Shown here piece after piece: positions 16,953 to 26,995 of a stretch of DNA of 64,000 bases. The stretch spans positions 239,591 through 303,590 of the forward strand of contig JADJAA010000002.1 in assembly GCA_016704485.1 (NCBI GenBank), written 5' to 3'. The notes below the pieces were generated by a model. The model had not been told where the DNA came from. It made no database searches and saw only the letters and a list, made by a program, of their open reading frames with translations. The DNA comes from Flavobacteriales bacterium. GTDB taxonomy: Bacteria; Bacteroidota; Bacteroidia; Flavobacteriales_F; PHOS-HE28. A program made the position numbers and the translations under genes. Position 1 is the first letter of the stretch; the number at the start of each line of letters is the position of its first letter.

Positions 16953-17622
16953 CCTCACACGCTCGTACGGCGAGAAGGAAGTTCTTTCCATTCCGTCATT
17001 CGGTTTCGTGACCGGAGAAGTCCATGGAATTGTAGGTTTGAACGGATCCGGAAAGACAACGTTCTTGAACGCGTTATATGGTTTTGGAAGATCGAAGAAC
17101 GCGCGAGTGATATATGAGAACATGCCGATGGATCATACCAACACCGCATTCTTGGAAGCGGAGAATTATTTCTATCCGGGTATTACTGGTCATGAGTACT
17201 TGGCGTTGTTCCAAGGAAAAGATACCACTACGACGATCGATGGCGTTAACGAACTGTTGGAAGTTCCATTGGACGAATTGATCTCAACCTACAGCACAGG
17301 AATGCGGAAGAAACTTGCATTGCTAGGGATCTTGAAGTTGGATCGTCCCGTCTTACTGTTGGACGAACCAATGAATGGTTTGGATCTGGCAGCGGTGCGT
17401 GTGTTGGAAGCCATCGTTCGCAAGTTGGTGGAGCACGAGAGAACAGTGTTCATCACTTCGCATGTTCTTGGACCATTGATCGCGATATGTAAGCAGATCC
17501 ATTTGCTACAGGACGGAATGTTCTTACGCACCTTTGAGCAGAGAGAAATGGATCAATTGGAAGCAGCCTTGTTCGCCGATCTGGATAAGCGGACCGAAGA
17601 GACAATAGGACGGGTAATGTGA
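16936..17622 (+). CDS. ABC transporter ATP-binding protein
   Basis: Walker A GLNGSGKTT, signature-like YSTGMRKKL, Walker B LLLDEP. Confidence 0.85.
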   Translation: MLQITDLTRSYGEKEVLSIPSFGFVTGEVHGIVGLNGSGKTTFLNALYGFGRSKNARVIYENMPMDHTNTAFLEAENYFYPGITGHEYLALFQGKDTTTTIDGVNELLEVPLDELISTYSTGMRKKLALLGILKLDRPVLLLDEPMNGLDLAAVRVLEAIVRKLVEHERTVFITSHVLGPLIAICKQIHLLQDGMFLRTFEQREMDQLEAALFADLDKRTEETIGRVM

Positions 17623-17715
17623 TCGCGGATCACGCTTCGCTACAGTACTAAAAAAGTCGGTCATCGCTTGTCGTACACGGGGTGTAAACACAAGGTCCGC
17701 TTAAGAGCTCATATT

Positions 17716-18246
17716 TTAGTTGGTCCTACCCATGGATGTGCCATGCACTCTATGAAATGCATAGATCAATTCATCTTCGATCTTCCCATGCTTGATGAAG
17801 GTTCCCGTAAGGCGCGCTTCAAGAATAAATCCGGCTTTTTCCAACACACGTTGTGAAGCGGTGTTGCTTCCGAAGGGGCGGGCATAGATCCGATCGATAT
17901 GAGGAAACTCCAAAAATGCCCGAGCAGTGGCTTGTTGAATGGCCAACGTCATGATGCCTTTGCCACGGAACGGTGCACCGATCCAATAACCAAGTTCCGC
18001 ATTGCGGCGGTATACATCGTCGTCCGGATGGATGCCCACAGCGCCCACAGCAATTCCGTTCACGGAGATCGCCAAGAACAGTTGCGGATCATGTGCCATG
18101 AAGCGCTCAAGGAACCGATGGCCATCGCTCGGTGTGAAGGGGTAAGGGAATGCATCCATCATGTTGTCGGCAACGGTGCGATCGTTCGCGTACTGGACAA
18201 GCGAAACAAGGTCACCAGCTTGCCAAGGGCGGAGGATGAATTCCAT
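17716..18246 (-). CDS. GNAT family N-acetyltransferase (RimJ/RimL-like)
   Basis: Start moved to the ATG at 18244-18246 (MEFILRPW...). Typical GNAT core with RVLEKAGF. Confidence 0.75.
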   Translation of the reverse strand: MEFILRPWQAGDLVSLVQYANDRTVADNMMDAFPYPFTPSDGHRFLERFMAHDPQLFLAISVNGIAVGAVGIHPDDDVYRRNAELGYWIGAPFRGKGIMTLAIQQATARAFLEFPHIDRIYARPFGSNTASQRVLEKAGFILEARLTGTFIKHGKIEDELIYAFHRVHGTSMGRTN

Positions 18247-18253
18247 AGGTGCG

Positions 18254-19108
18254 CTAGATCGGTGGCAATTTTGTTCCGCACTTGCGGCAGAACTTGGCAT
18301 CTTTGAGGTGGTCCGTGGCATGGCAATACGTGCATTTCCTAGGGATCTCACTGCCCATCCGCATCATCTCGGCGCTCATGATGGCCGTAGGAACAGCAAT
18401 GGTGCCGTAACCGAGGATCATAACAACTGAGGCGAGCGCTTGGCCTAGAGCAGTTTGCGGTGCAATATCTCCAAAGCCTACAGTGGTAAGTGTTACTATG
18501 GCCCAATAGATACTTCGGGGAATGCTGGTGAAACCTGCATCCGGTGTTTCCACCATGTAGATCAACGTTCCGAAAATGACGGCGATGGTGAGAACGGCGA
18601 GCACGAAGACGGTGATCTTGCGGCGGCTTGCTTGGAAGGCCTTCACCATCACATTGGCCTCTGAGACGAAGCGAGCCAATTTGAGCACCCGGAAGATACG
18701 AAGCAGGCGCAGAGCGCGGATCACCATCAGCGTATGTGCCCCGCCGATCAAAAGGCCGATGTACGTTGGGAGGATGGAAAGCAGGTCGACTATGCCGAAG
18801 AAACTCTTGGCATAGTTCATGGGACGTTTAATGCTCCACAGCCGGAGACCATATTCGACGGTGAACAAGGTAGTGAAACCAAGCTCCGCCATGTAAAGCC
18901 AATGTCCATATTTTAACTTGATCTCAACAACACTCTCCAACATCACCAGCAGAACGCTGATCACAATGGCTATCAAAAGGATCACATCGAACAGTTTACC
19001 GGCCGGGGTGTCCGTTCCGAATATGATCTGGAAAACACGTCGGCGTAAAGGGCTGTGCGGAGGATGATGGTTATCCATGGAACAAAAGAAGCAAAGTTGA
19101 TCGAGCAA
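18254..19108 (-). CDS. Potassium channel (ion transport protein) with C-terminal zinc-ribbon
   Basis: Selectivity filter TTVGFGD. Voltage-sensor-like S4 with spaced arginines (RALRLLRIFRVLKLAR). C-terminal CTYCHATDH..CRKCG. Confidence 0.8.
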   Translation of the reverse strand: MLDQLCFFCSMDNHHPPHSPLRRRVFQIIFGTDTPAGKLFDVILLIAIVISVLLVMLESVVEIKLKYGHWLYMAELGFTTLFTVEYGLRLWSIKRPMNYAKSFFGIVDLLSILPTYIGLLIGGAHTLMVIRALRLLRIFRVLKLARFVSEANVMVKAFQASRRKITVFVLAVLTIAVIFGTLIYMVETPDAGFTSIPRSIYWAIVTLTTVGFGDIAPQTALGQALASVVMILGYGTIAVPTAIMSAEMMRMGSEIPRKCTYCHATDHLKDAKFCRKCGTKLPPI

Positions 19109-19152
19109 GATAACCGTTAGTACCGGTCATTCTGAACAATTGTGCTATGTCC

Positions 19153-20892
19153 TCAAATGATCAACCTCACTCCGCCAAGATCCGCAACACGGTAAGTGAA
19201 TCGATCACTGGGTGAACTGATGAACATGAAGTTCTTGGGGATATCCCAATCCGCACTGAGCGAGTCCACTAATTCCGGCCCGAATACGCCATGCATTGAA
19301 ATGAATTCGATCTTAATGTCGGGGTATGCACGATCCAGTACGTCCAGGTCGCTGAGGAATGTTTCGGAGACCGTATCCCCTTCTTTCAGTACCGTGACGA
19401 CCTTCAGTTTCTTGGTGATCTCGTTCTCCTCGACATACATCATTACGTGGTTCAATGTTGCCACGTCATCCCCCTTGGTGAAGTACACGAACTCCTGATC
19501 TGTAAGCTGGCGGATGGTCCTGGAAAGCCGAAGCCTGCTGAGCGTGGCAACATGATGCATCGTATCGAGGAAGCTGGATACCACCACCATCAGGTATTCC
19601 AGGATCACATTGCGCTTAAGGAAAAAGAACGTGAGCAGGAATGTGGGAATGAAATATTGGAGGAAAACGACCAGATGTTCCGGGTGTAAGCGCACATTTC
19701 CATAGAGCGCAGAGACAACAGCCAACATAGCAATGAATACCACGAAAGCTTTAGCGGTCTCTGGTCTAGGCAATCTCGCACGCTTGATCTTCAGTAGGAA
19801 ATTTCCGTATGCGAAGAAGGCCATTACGATCAGGAATGATATCGTGTAAACGCCTGCCAACGCACCAATTTCACCATTGGTGATCAATAGCACGCTAACG
19901 CAGAGTAAAAAGAACAAGATCAGGATCCTCGGCGAGCTGCCACGTTTGGTTTCCTTCAGAAGTATTTGCGGAAGCACACGGTCCAGTGTCATGCGTTTCA
20001 TGAGACCACTAACTCCAACGAAGCTGGTAAGTACAGCACCGCAAAGAACAAGGACCGCATCAACGGAGATCAATGTGCTTAGCCATTGGCCGCCGATCTC
20101 GTTACCCATGAATGATAATAGCGCTTCCTTATTTTCTCCAACAGTGGCCAAGGGCAGAACGAATATGGCGAGTAGGGCCATGAGCGGATTGATCACGGTA
20201 ACTGCGATCCACATATTGCGTAACGTTTTACGGAATACCCCCGGCGCTTGCTCCTCCACGAAGTTGGCGGAGCTTTCGAACCCACTGACACCTAACATGG
20301 CGGTGCTGAAACCGAAGAACAGAGCGGCTGCCATGCCACCCATGGGAATGGGGGCATCAAAGTTCATCATGCCTATCGATATTCCGTTGTTCGCTACGAA
20401 TACGCCACCAAGGACCAATAGAAGGCCCATGGATGATAGATGAACAATGAAGATGATGACCGCCACAATGGATGACTCACCAATACCGGCAATGGTAAGC
20501 AGGAGAAAGAACGCAAGTACGATCAATGTGGCGATGATAATGGGCAAAGAATGGATCATGCTATGCAAGTAGTGCATGGCTTCGGAGGCACTGATAACGG
20601 CGGTTGCCATATAGCTCAGTATGGTTAGGCATGCTGCCATAGTGGCACTGGTCTTGTTAGTGGTATTTAGCAGCACATTATAGGCGCCGCCGTTGAGCGG
20701 TAAGGCACCAACCACTTCACCGTATATTTTTCGGAATAGAAAGAGCACACCGGCAACGAGTGCCAAGGCTACGAATGCCCAAGGTCCAGCATATCCGATC
20801 GTAAGTGCGCTCACATATAGGCAGCTACTGGTAATGTCGTTACCACAGATCGCTGTGGCAGGAAGTTGTCCAAGTTTCGTCGGACTATGCAT
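19153..20892 (-). CDS. APC-superfamily amino-acid permease with ~150-aa C-terminal soluble domain
   Basis: 579 aa, ATG start, about 12 TM segments, typical APC N-terminus. Confidence 0.8.
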   Translation of the reverse strand: MHSPTKLGQLPATAICGNDITSSCLYVSALTIGYAGPWAFVALALVAGVLFLFRKIYGEVVGALPLNGGAYNVLLNTTNKTSATMAACLTILSYMATAVISASEAMHYLHSMIHSLPIIIATLIVLAFFLLLTIAGIGESSIVAVIIFIVHLSSMGLLLVLGGVFVANNGISIGMMNFDAPIPMGGMAAALFFGFSTAMLGVSGFESSANFVEEQAPGVFRKTLRNMWIAVTVINPLMALLAIFVLPLATVGENKEALLSFMGNEIGGQWLSTLISVDAVLVLCGAVLTSFVGVSGLMKRMTLDRVLPQILLKETKRGSSPRILILFFLLCVSVLLITNGEIGALAGVYTISFLIVMAFFAYGNFLLKIKRARLPRPETAKAFVVFIAMLAVVSALYGNVRLHPEHLVVFLQYFIPTFLLTFFFLKRNVILEYLMVVVSSFLDTMHHVATLSRLRLSRTIRQLTDQEFVYFTKGDDVATLNHVMMYVEENEITKKLKVVTVLKEGDTVSETFLSDLDVLDRAYPDIKIEFISMHGVFGPELVDSLSADWDIPKNFMFISSPSDRFTYRVADLGGVRLII

Positions 20893-21442
20893 TCGGTGAT
20901 GGAGTTAAGTAGCGCAGGTGGTGTTGCGGAATTAGGATCACAGTACCATTGGCTCCTGATCTTCCCTGAATGGCAAAATGGACATCACTCGTTCCTTCCG
21001 GGAATAGAGTAACCATGCACCGGTCAAGATCAATAGGGCACCGAAAGAAGGGCTCAAGGCCACGGAATAGTTAGCTGGTTTCAATTGCAACATCACGCTA
21101 TATAATGAAGCCCGGTCAATGAACTGAAAAAATATGGAATTTCAGACGAACAAAGTGGTGTAACGGAGATGATCGGAACGTTACTCCGATGCAGCGTGCA
21201 AATATGCAACCGAAATGAACATCTTGAGTACCATTAAAATGAAGAAGACCAATGCAAAGCGGCTGGGAACTTGGTATCACATTGATCTATGTTGTTACGG
21301 GATCCTTAGTTCTAGTACAGGACTCTACCATAGGGTGGGTAGCGAAAAAATAGTACTTTGATCGGATGTAAAGCCGGTACTATCGAATTCAGTAGTGGTT
21401 GTTGCTAAGAACCGCTGATCTTCGCTGCCCGGAGAACGAGTC

Positions 21443-22792
21443 ATGAACTGGATCAACCGCATATTAGCATACCTCCGTTTAGGAGCCGACGCTGAGGAGC
21501 CGAGCAAGGCAATGAAGTCCATTGAGAACAACGCGAAGTTCAATGGTACCAATATGTTGATCCTGGTGTTCGCGATCATCATTGCATCCGTAGGATTGAA
21601 CGTGAATTCTGCTGCGGTGGTAATTGGTGCGATGCTCATTTCACCGCTAATGGGGCCGATCGTTGCGGTGGGTGCCGGGCTTGGTGTAATGGACCTATTG
21701 CTGGTAAGAAGATCATTGAAGAATCTAGGGTTCGCGGTCGGGGCAAGTTTGATCACCTCCACGCTTTACTTCATGGTGAGTCCATTGAGCGAAGCACATT
21801 CAGAGATACTTGCGCGTACCACACCCACGATCTGGGACGTACTTATTGCATTGGCCGGTGGGTTCGCCGGGATCGTTGCAACAGCAAGTAAGGAAAAGAA
21901 CCGTGGTAACGTTGTGCCGGGTGTGGCCATTGCTACTGCGCTAATGCCACCGCTCTGCACGGCAGGATTCGGTCTCGCACATTTGAACATGCCCTATTTT
22001 TTCGGTGCATTGTATCTGTTCACCATCAACTCGGTATTCATTAGCATTTCCGCATTGCTTACGGTACGTTGGTTAGGTTATCCATCCGTGGCCCAGAAGG
22101 ATGAAAAGATATCGTCAAGGATCCGACGATACACGACATTGATCGTAATAGCGACCGTAGTGCCAAGTATCTACTTGGCCTACCGGTTGGTCGGGCAGAA
22201 CGTCTATAAGACCAAAGCAGAGAAATTCATTGCTGCGGAATGCAGTATTCCTGAGAATTATTTGATGCACCAGACCGTCGATGCACCGAATAGGAATATT
22301 TCGCTGACCTATTTGGGCAATGGGATCTCAGAGGATCAGGAGGCACAGCTACGACGGCGTATGGAACCCTATGGGATCGAAGGTACCGGGTTGGAGATCC
22401 GTACGGGGCTGAGTTTGCAGGAATTGGGCGAGGAAGACAGGAAAGAGAATGAAGGAATGCGTACGCAATTGGATGAGCAACGCGCTATGTTGGCGCGTTA
22501 CAATGCGTTGAATGATAGTTTGGGCCACATGACCCAATTGCATCGATCATTGATGGATGAAGCACGAGCCATGAATACGAACATTGCCTGGATCGCTATC
22601 GCGGACATGCCCGTGAAGCACAAAGCTGATAGCACGGAAACGTTCAATAAGGTTGTTTCCATCCATTTCAAAGAACCGCCGGACTCCTTGCAGATCGCAG
22701 TAGCCGACCGATGGTTGGAAGCACGCTTGCAAGGCGTTAAACATTTTACATCCATTTCCTCTGACCCGCCGAAGGCAGGAAAGAAGAAGTGA
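21443..22792 (+). CDS. DUF389 family membrane protein
   Basis: N-terminal hydrophobic repeats, including ISPLMGPIVAVGAGLG and TALMPPLCTAGFGLAH, are characteristic of the DUF389/TIGR00341 family. C-terminal coiled-coil region. Confidence 0.7.
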   Translation: MNWINRILAYLRLGADAEEPSKAMKSIENNAKFNGTNMLILVFAIIIASVGLNVNSAAVVIGAMLISPLMGPIVAVGAGLGVMDLLLVRRSLKNLGFAVGASLITSTLYFMVSPLSEAHSEILARTTPTIWDVLIALAGGFAGIVATASKEKNRGNVVPGVAIATALMPPLCTAGFGLAHLNMPYFFGALYLFTINSVFISISALLTVRWLGYPSVAQKDEKISSRIRRYTTLIVIATVVPSIYLAYRLVGQNVYKTKAEKFIAAECSIPENYLMHQTVDAPNRNISLTYLGNGISEDQEAQLRRRMEPYGIEGTGLEIRTGLSLQELGEEDRKENEGMRTQLDEQRAMLARYNALNDSLGHMTQLHRSLMDEARAMNTNIAWIAIADMPVKHKADSTETFNKVVSIHFKEPPDSLQIAVADRWLEARLQGVKHFTSISSDPPKAGKKK

Positions 22793-22843
22793 ATATGAGA
22801 CCAAAGACCCCGAGCATGTATCGGGTAAAATGTAGTTGAAGGA

Positions 22844-24406
22844 ATGAGCAAGAAAATAGTTAAAGCTTCCAAGGCGCCAAAGGCAAGAAGGAAACAAGAG
22901 AAGGTGGAGATAATGCCACTGGACCTTGGTGCGTTCGAGGACTTTGCCGAAGCCATGCGGGCTTCTTACCCAGCTTGGAGTGGAGGGTACTGGAAGAAGG
23001 AGTCCATACAGCGCCTGATCTCGTTATTCCCTGCAGGGCAGTTCGGTGTATTCGTGAATGGAAAGATCGCTGGTACCGCACTTACGTTGATCATCGATAT
23101 AGACAAGATGGGGCTTGACCATAACTATGTTAAGGTCACGGGCAACTACACCTTCAATACGCACGATCCCAAGGGCAATGTGTTGTATGGTATCGAGGTT
23201 TTCGTTCACCCTGAATACCGTGGCATGCGGTTGGGACGGCGGTTATATGAGGCGCGAAAGGAACTGTGTGAGCAGCTGAACCTTCGCTCGGTCATGTTCG
23301 GCGGTCGCATCCCGAATTTCCATAAGTATTCCGATAAAATGAGTCCGAAGGAATACATACAGAAGGTGAAGGAGAAAGAGATACACGACCCTGTTCTTTC
23401 ATTCCAATTGGCCAATGATTTCCACGTTGTGAAATTGATGAAAGGCTATATGCCGGACGACAAGAATTCGATGGAATACGCTACATTGATGGAGTGGGAT
23501 AACATCTACCAGAACGAGGAGGAGTTGGGGCGTAGTTGGTCGCGTAATGTTCGTTTGGGACTTATCCAATGGCAAATGCGACCCTACCGTGACCTCGAGG
23601 CATTGTACAGCCAATTGGATTTTTTCATGGATGTAGTGAGCGGTTATGGAAGTGATTTTGCTGTACTGCCGGAATTATTCAATGCCCCGTTAATGGCCGC
23701 GTATGAAGGAGTGAATGAAGCCGAGGCCATCCGATTATTATCCGAACATACCTTACACATCCGTGAATACCTCTTGGGTGCTGCGGTGAAGTACAATGTA
23801 AATGTCATCTGTGGAAGCATGCCGTTATTGGAGGACGGTAAGCTTTTCAATGTAGGCTATCTGTGCCGTCGTGATGGTACTTATGAACGCTATGACAAGA
23901 TCCATATCACACCGAACGAGAAACAAGCTTGGGGCATACAAGGTGGAGAAACAGTGCGGGTATTCGACACGGATTGTGGTAGGGTCGGCATATTGATATG
24001 CTACGATTGCGAGTTCCCCGAATTGGTGCGTTTACTTGCCCTGCAAGGCATGCAGATCCTGTTCGTGCCATTCTTGACCGATACGCAGAACGCATACTCC
24101 CGTGTGCGGCATTGTTCACAAGCGCGTGCTATTGAGAACGAATGCTTCGTGGCCATTGCTGGTAGTGTGGGCAATTTGCCAAGGGTAAGCAACATGGATA
24201 TCCAGTACGCTCAGAGTGCTGTGTTCACGCCGTGTGATTTTGCTTTCCCGAGCACGGGGATAAAAAGTGAAGCAACGGCAAATACGGAAATGGTGCTCGT
24301 GGTGGATGTTGATCTGAGCTTGCTCAAGGATCTTCATCACCGAGGAAGTGTGCGGAATTTGAAGGATCGCAGGGAAGATGTCTACACGTTGAAGCTCAAC
24401 AAATAG
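22844..24406 (+). CDS. Bifunctional GNAT acetyltransferase / carbon-nitrogen hydrolase (nitrilase superfamily)
   Basis: N-terminal GNAT (GIEVFVHPEYRGMRLGRRLY). C-terminal CN-hydrolase with catalytic Cys in GILICYDCEFPE. Confidence 0.8.
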   Translation: MSKKIVKASKAPKARRKQEKVEIMPLDLGAFEDFAEAMRASYPAWSGGYWKKESIQRLISLFPAGQFGVFVNGKIAGTALTLIIDIDKMGLDHNYVKVTGNYTFNTHDPKGNVLYGIEVFVHPEYRGMRLGRRLYEARKELCEQLNLRSVMFGGRIPNFHKYSDKMSPKEYIQKVKEKEIHDPVLSFQLANDFHVVKLMKGYMPDDKNSMEYATLMEWDNIYQNEEELGRSWSRNVRLGLIQWQMRPYRDLEALYSQLDFFMDVVSGYGSDFAVLPELFNAPLMAAYEGVNEAEAIRLLSEHTLHIREYLLGAAVKYNVNVICGSMPLLEDGKLFNVGYLCRRDGTYERYDKIHITPNEKQAWGIQGGETVRVFDTDCGRVGILICYDCEFPELVRLLALQGMQILFVPFLTDTQNAYSRVRHCSQARAIENECFVAIAGSVGNLPRVSNMDIQYAQSAVFTPCDFAFPSTGIKSEATANTEMVLVVDVDLSLLKDLHHRGSVRNLKDRREDVYTLKLNK

Positions 24407-24421
24407 ATCCACCGGCACAGT

Positions 24422-26995
24422 TCATTTCTGGCTCAATACCACTTGGATGATCACATTGCGCTCACTCAAGGAATGCAACTTGCGCGATAGTTCTTCGCCA
24501 AGGCCTTTGGTCACGATCTTGTCCTGTGGTACACCGGCCTCAACCAATTGACGGGCTACTTCATCTGCTCGGAACTGGGATAAACGCAAATTGTAACTGG
24601 CATCACCGGCTTGGTCCGAATGTCCGGTAACCAGCACATGACCGTAAGTGGAGCCACTGATGGTTTTGCCCACCATCGTAATACGCTCTCGTTTCTCGGT
24701 GTTGATCGTGTAGGAATTGCTGCTGAAATAAACAGTATCCGATAAGGCAGTTCCCGCTCCCGCCGAGGTGTCGGTTGCTCCGTTGTTTACGTTGCTACCG
24801 GAAGTATTATCAAGTGTTGCTCCTTTGGTCCTGATGCGATCCTTTGCGACCCGAAGTGAATCGCGCAGTCCATCAACATTGCTATCCAGGTCGAGGATCC
24901 TCAGTCGAAGCACTTCTACAATACTATCATTCCCTTGTTCTTTCTGGAAGTCGATATATCGCTCCAACGTGTTGATCCGTTCAACCAGTACACCGTTCAA
25001 TGCTTGTGTGTGTTGGCGGTAACGCGTGTCATTCAGCAAGCCGCTATCAGGAACAGAGGTTTTGACCGGCACGGTGATGTCAACTGGTTTTCCGTTGGCC
25101 AAACTATCGGCTAAATGCTGTAAACGTGCATTACGCTCTTCAAGTGCACTGAGACTATCCTTCAATGCTTGGTTCTGTGCATCATCACGCACGATGACCG
25201 GAACTGTTACAACACGCTCTGTTGTTCGGGTGCCCGTGTTCGTTGACTGTGCAGGTTCATTACGAACAACGGTCGGCGGTGGAGCAGTTGTACTCTGTGA
25301 ATTGTTCTTTGGTGTGACGCTCCCTTCCGGCTGAGCAGGTTCTTGCTCAACTGACTTCGGCACTACTGGCTCGGGAACTGATCGGGTAGAATCCGCTTTT
25401 ATCACTGCCGGTTGAGGTATTGGCACAATGACCTTTGGTTCCGGAACAGCCAATGTATCGGATAAGGGTGCGACCATCTGGTCAGCCTTTGAGCTCTTCA
25501 AACTATCGGTCGGTGCTACGGCCGGCACTAAACTGTCCTGTTCAAGTATAACACCGGAACCATCGTTAATACCATTTATTCTTACAGGCGGCTTCACGAT
25601 CGAACTGTCTTTTGGAAGAGCGATGATGGTGTCCGATCTGAGTGCTTTCGGTGCTATGCTATCCAACTCCAACCGTTGTTCCGGTAACGATCTGATGCTA
25701 TCATTCATAGAACGAATACTATCCGACAACATGATCTTCGCGTCGGGAATTACAGCCAGAGAATCATCCGTTTTCACCCACGTGTCGAGCATCTTATTCA
25801 CTGTTGTCGTATCAAGCCCAACCACTGTATCGTTCGGGAGAATAGGGTTAACGCGTGAAAGCGTATCAACCTTTGTCGAGTCAGCAATAATGGAATTCGT
25901 CAAGAGCGTATCGGCACTGGTTGGTGTGATCGACTTCTGTATCAACGTGGTTACGACCAACGTATCCACAACGAATTTTCCGACTGTGATCTGCTCCACC
26001 ACAATGTTGATGACCTTAGGTGCTTCAACCGCGGCTGGCGGTGGAGGTGGTGGAGGAATAACGGCAACGGTATCAACTCGTACCGGTGTGGTCATGCCAT
26101 GATCGATATAGATCGGTGTCACTCTGTAATCATGTGAGCGCCTACCAAAGTTCCAGGACAAAGAAAGCCCTGCATAATGGTAATGATCATTATCATTCAC
26201 GTTGCCCCGTGGATCCTTGTTACCGGTGGGGTTGCTTGCATAACGGTCCACGGAATTGGTGAGGTCGATCGGGTAAGCGTCATGGATATCATCCAAGTAA
26301 TCCGTAAATGTCCAGTTGAAGCCATAGAACACTTCCGCGGAAAGACGATCGGATATCCGCCATTTCACGCCAAGTTTCGCAGGTACATAGATGTAGTACG
26401 GTTCGCTCGGTTTACCGTTCTCGGTTCGTCTGTAGGTCAACTCAGTGTCATACACGCCATCCTGATCGATCACTACCGCCGAAGAAGCAAAAGCAGAATT
26501 CTCACCGAGATCACGTATCGTGCCATCGCTCCAATAATTATAACGAGAACCGCTAGCGGAGTAAAGATCACCGTACACATTATACAATCCAGCACCTACG
26601 CCGAGTGAGAAGAAAGGTGCGAAGCGTGCATCGTACCGCAACAGTTTTCCGTTGTCCATTCTGAACTGGAGGCCAAGTTCGAATGTGTGTGCTTCGGTCA
26701 AGAAGTTCAATGCACGTTGCCGGTTCCCGTGATCGATATCGTTCGCGGAGAATCGTAGGAAACTGTATTGGCCATACAAAGCCGTACCGTAGCTCAACGA
26801 TCGTTGATAGTTGACACCGATCATTGAAGATTTCTCGATGTCCACATCGCTGTACGACTGTTGGATGTCACCTATGTAGCGATCCACGCCGCCCATGATC
26901 CCGATCCGTGAACGGAACAGGTCTTGCTGCGCCATCCCGGAGAAGGAGAACAGCAGGGCGTTGATCAGCAGTATTCTATCTAAGTTGATCCTCAT
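24422..26995 (-). CDS. Large OmpA-family outer-membrane protein (beta-barrel N-domain, poly-Pro/low-complexity linker, coiled coil, OmpA C-domain)
   Basis: Start at the ATG at 26993-26995 (MRINLDRILLINALLFSFSGMAQ). PPPPPPP run. C-terminal OmpA motif NLRLSQFRADEVARQLV. Confidence 0.8.
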   Translation of the reverse strand: MRINLDRILLINALLFSFSGMAQQDLFRSRIGIMGGVDRYIGDIQQSYSDVDIEKSSMIGVNYQRSLSYGTALYGQYSFLRFSANDIDHGNRQRALNFLTEAHTFELGLQFRMDNGKLLRYDARFAPFFSLGVGAGLYNVYGDLYSASGSRYNYWSDGTIRDLGENSAFASSAVVIDQDGVYDTELTYRRTENGKPSEPYYIYVPAKLGVKWRISDRLSAEVFYGFNWTFTDYLDDIHDAYPIDLTNSVDRYASNPTGNKDPRGNVNDNDHYHYAGLSLSWNFGRRSHDYRVTPIYIDHGMTTPVRVDTVAVIPPPPPPPAAVEAPKVINIVVEQITVGKFVVDTLVVTTLIQKSITPTSADTLLTNSIIADSTKVDTLSRVNPILPNDTVVGLDTTTVNKMLDTWVKTDDSLAVIPDAKIMLSDSIRSMNDSIRSLPEQRLELDSIAPKALRSDTIIALPKDSSIVKPPVRINGINDGSGVILEQDSLVPAVAPTDSLKSSKADQMVAPLSDTLAVPEPKVIVPIPQPAVIKADSTRSVPEPVVPKSVEQEPAQPEGSVTPKNNSQSTTAPPPTVVRNEPAQSTNTGTRTTERVVTVPVIVRDDAQNQALKDSLSALEERNARLQHLADSLANGKPVDITVPVKTSVPDSGLLNDTRYRQHTQALNGVLVERINTLERYIDFQKEQGNDSIVEVLRLRILDLDSNVDGLRDSLRVAKDRIRTKGATLDNTSGSNVNNGATDTSAGAGTALSDTVYFSSNSYTINTEKRERITMVGKTISGSTYGHVLVTGHSDQAGDASYNLRLSQFRADEVARQLVEAGVPQDKIVTKGLGEELSRKLHSLSERNVIIQVVLSQK

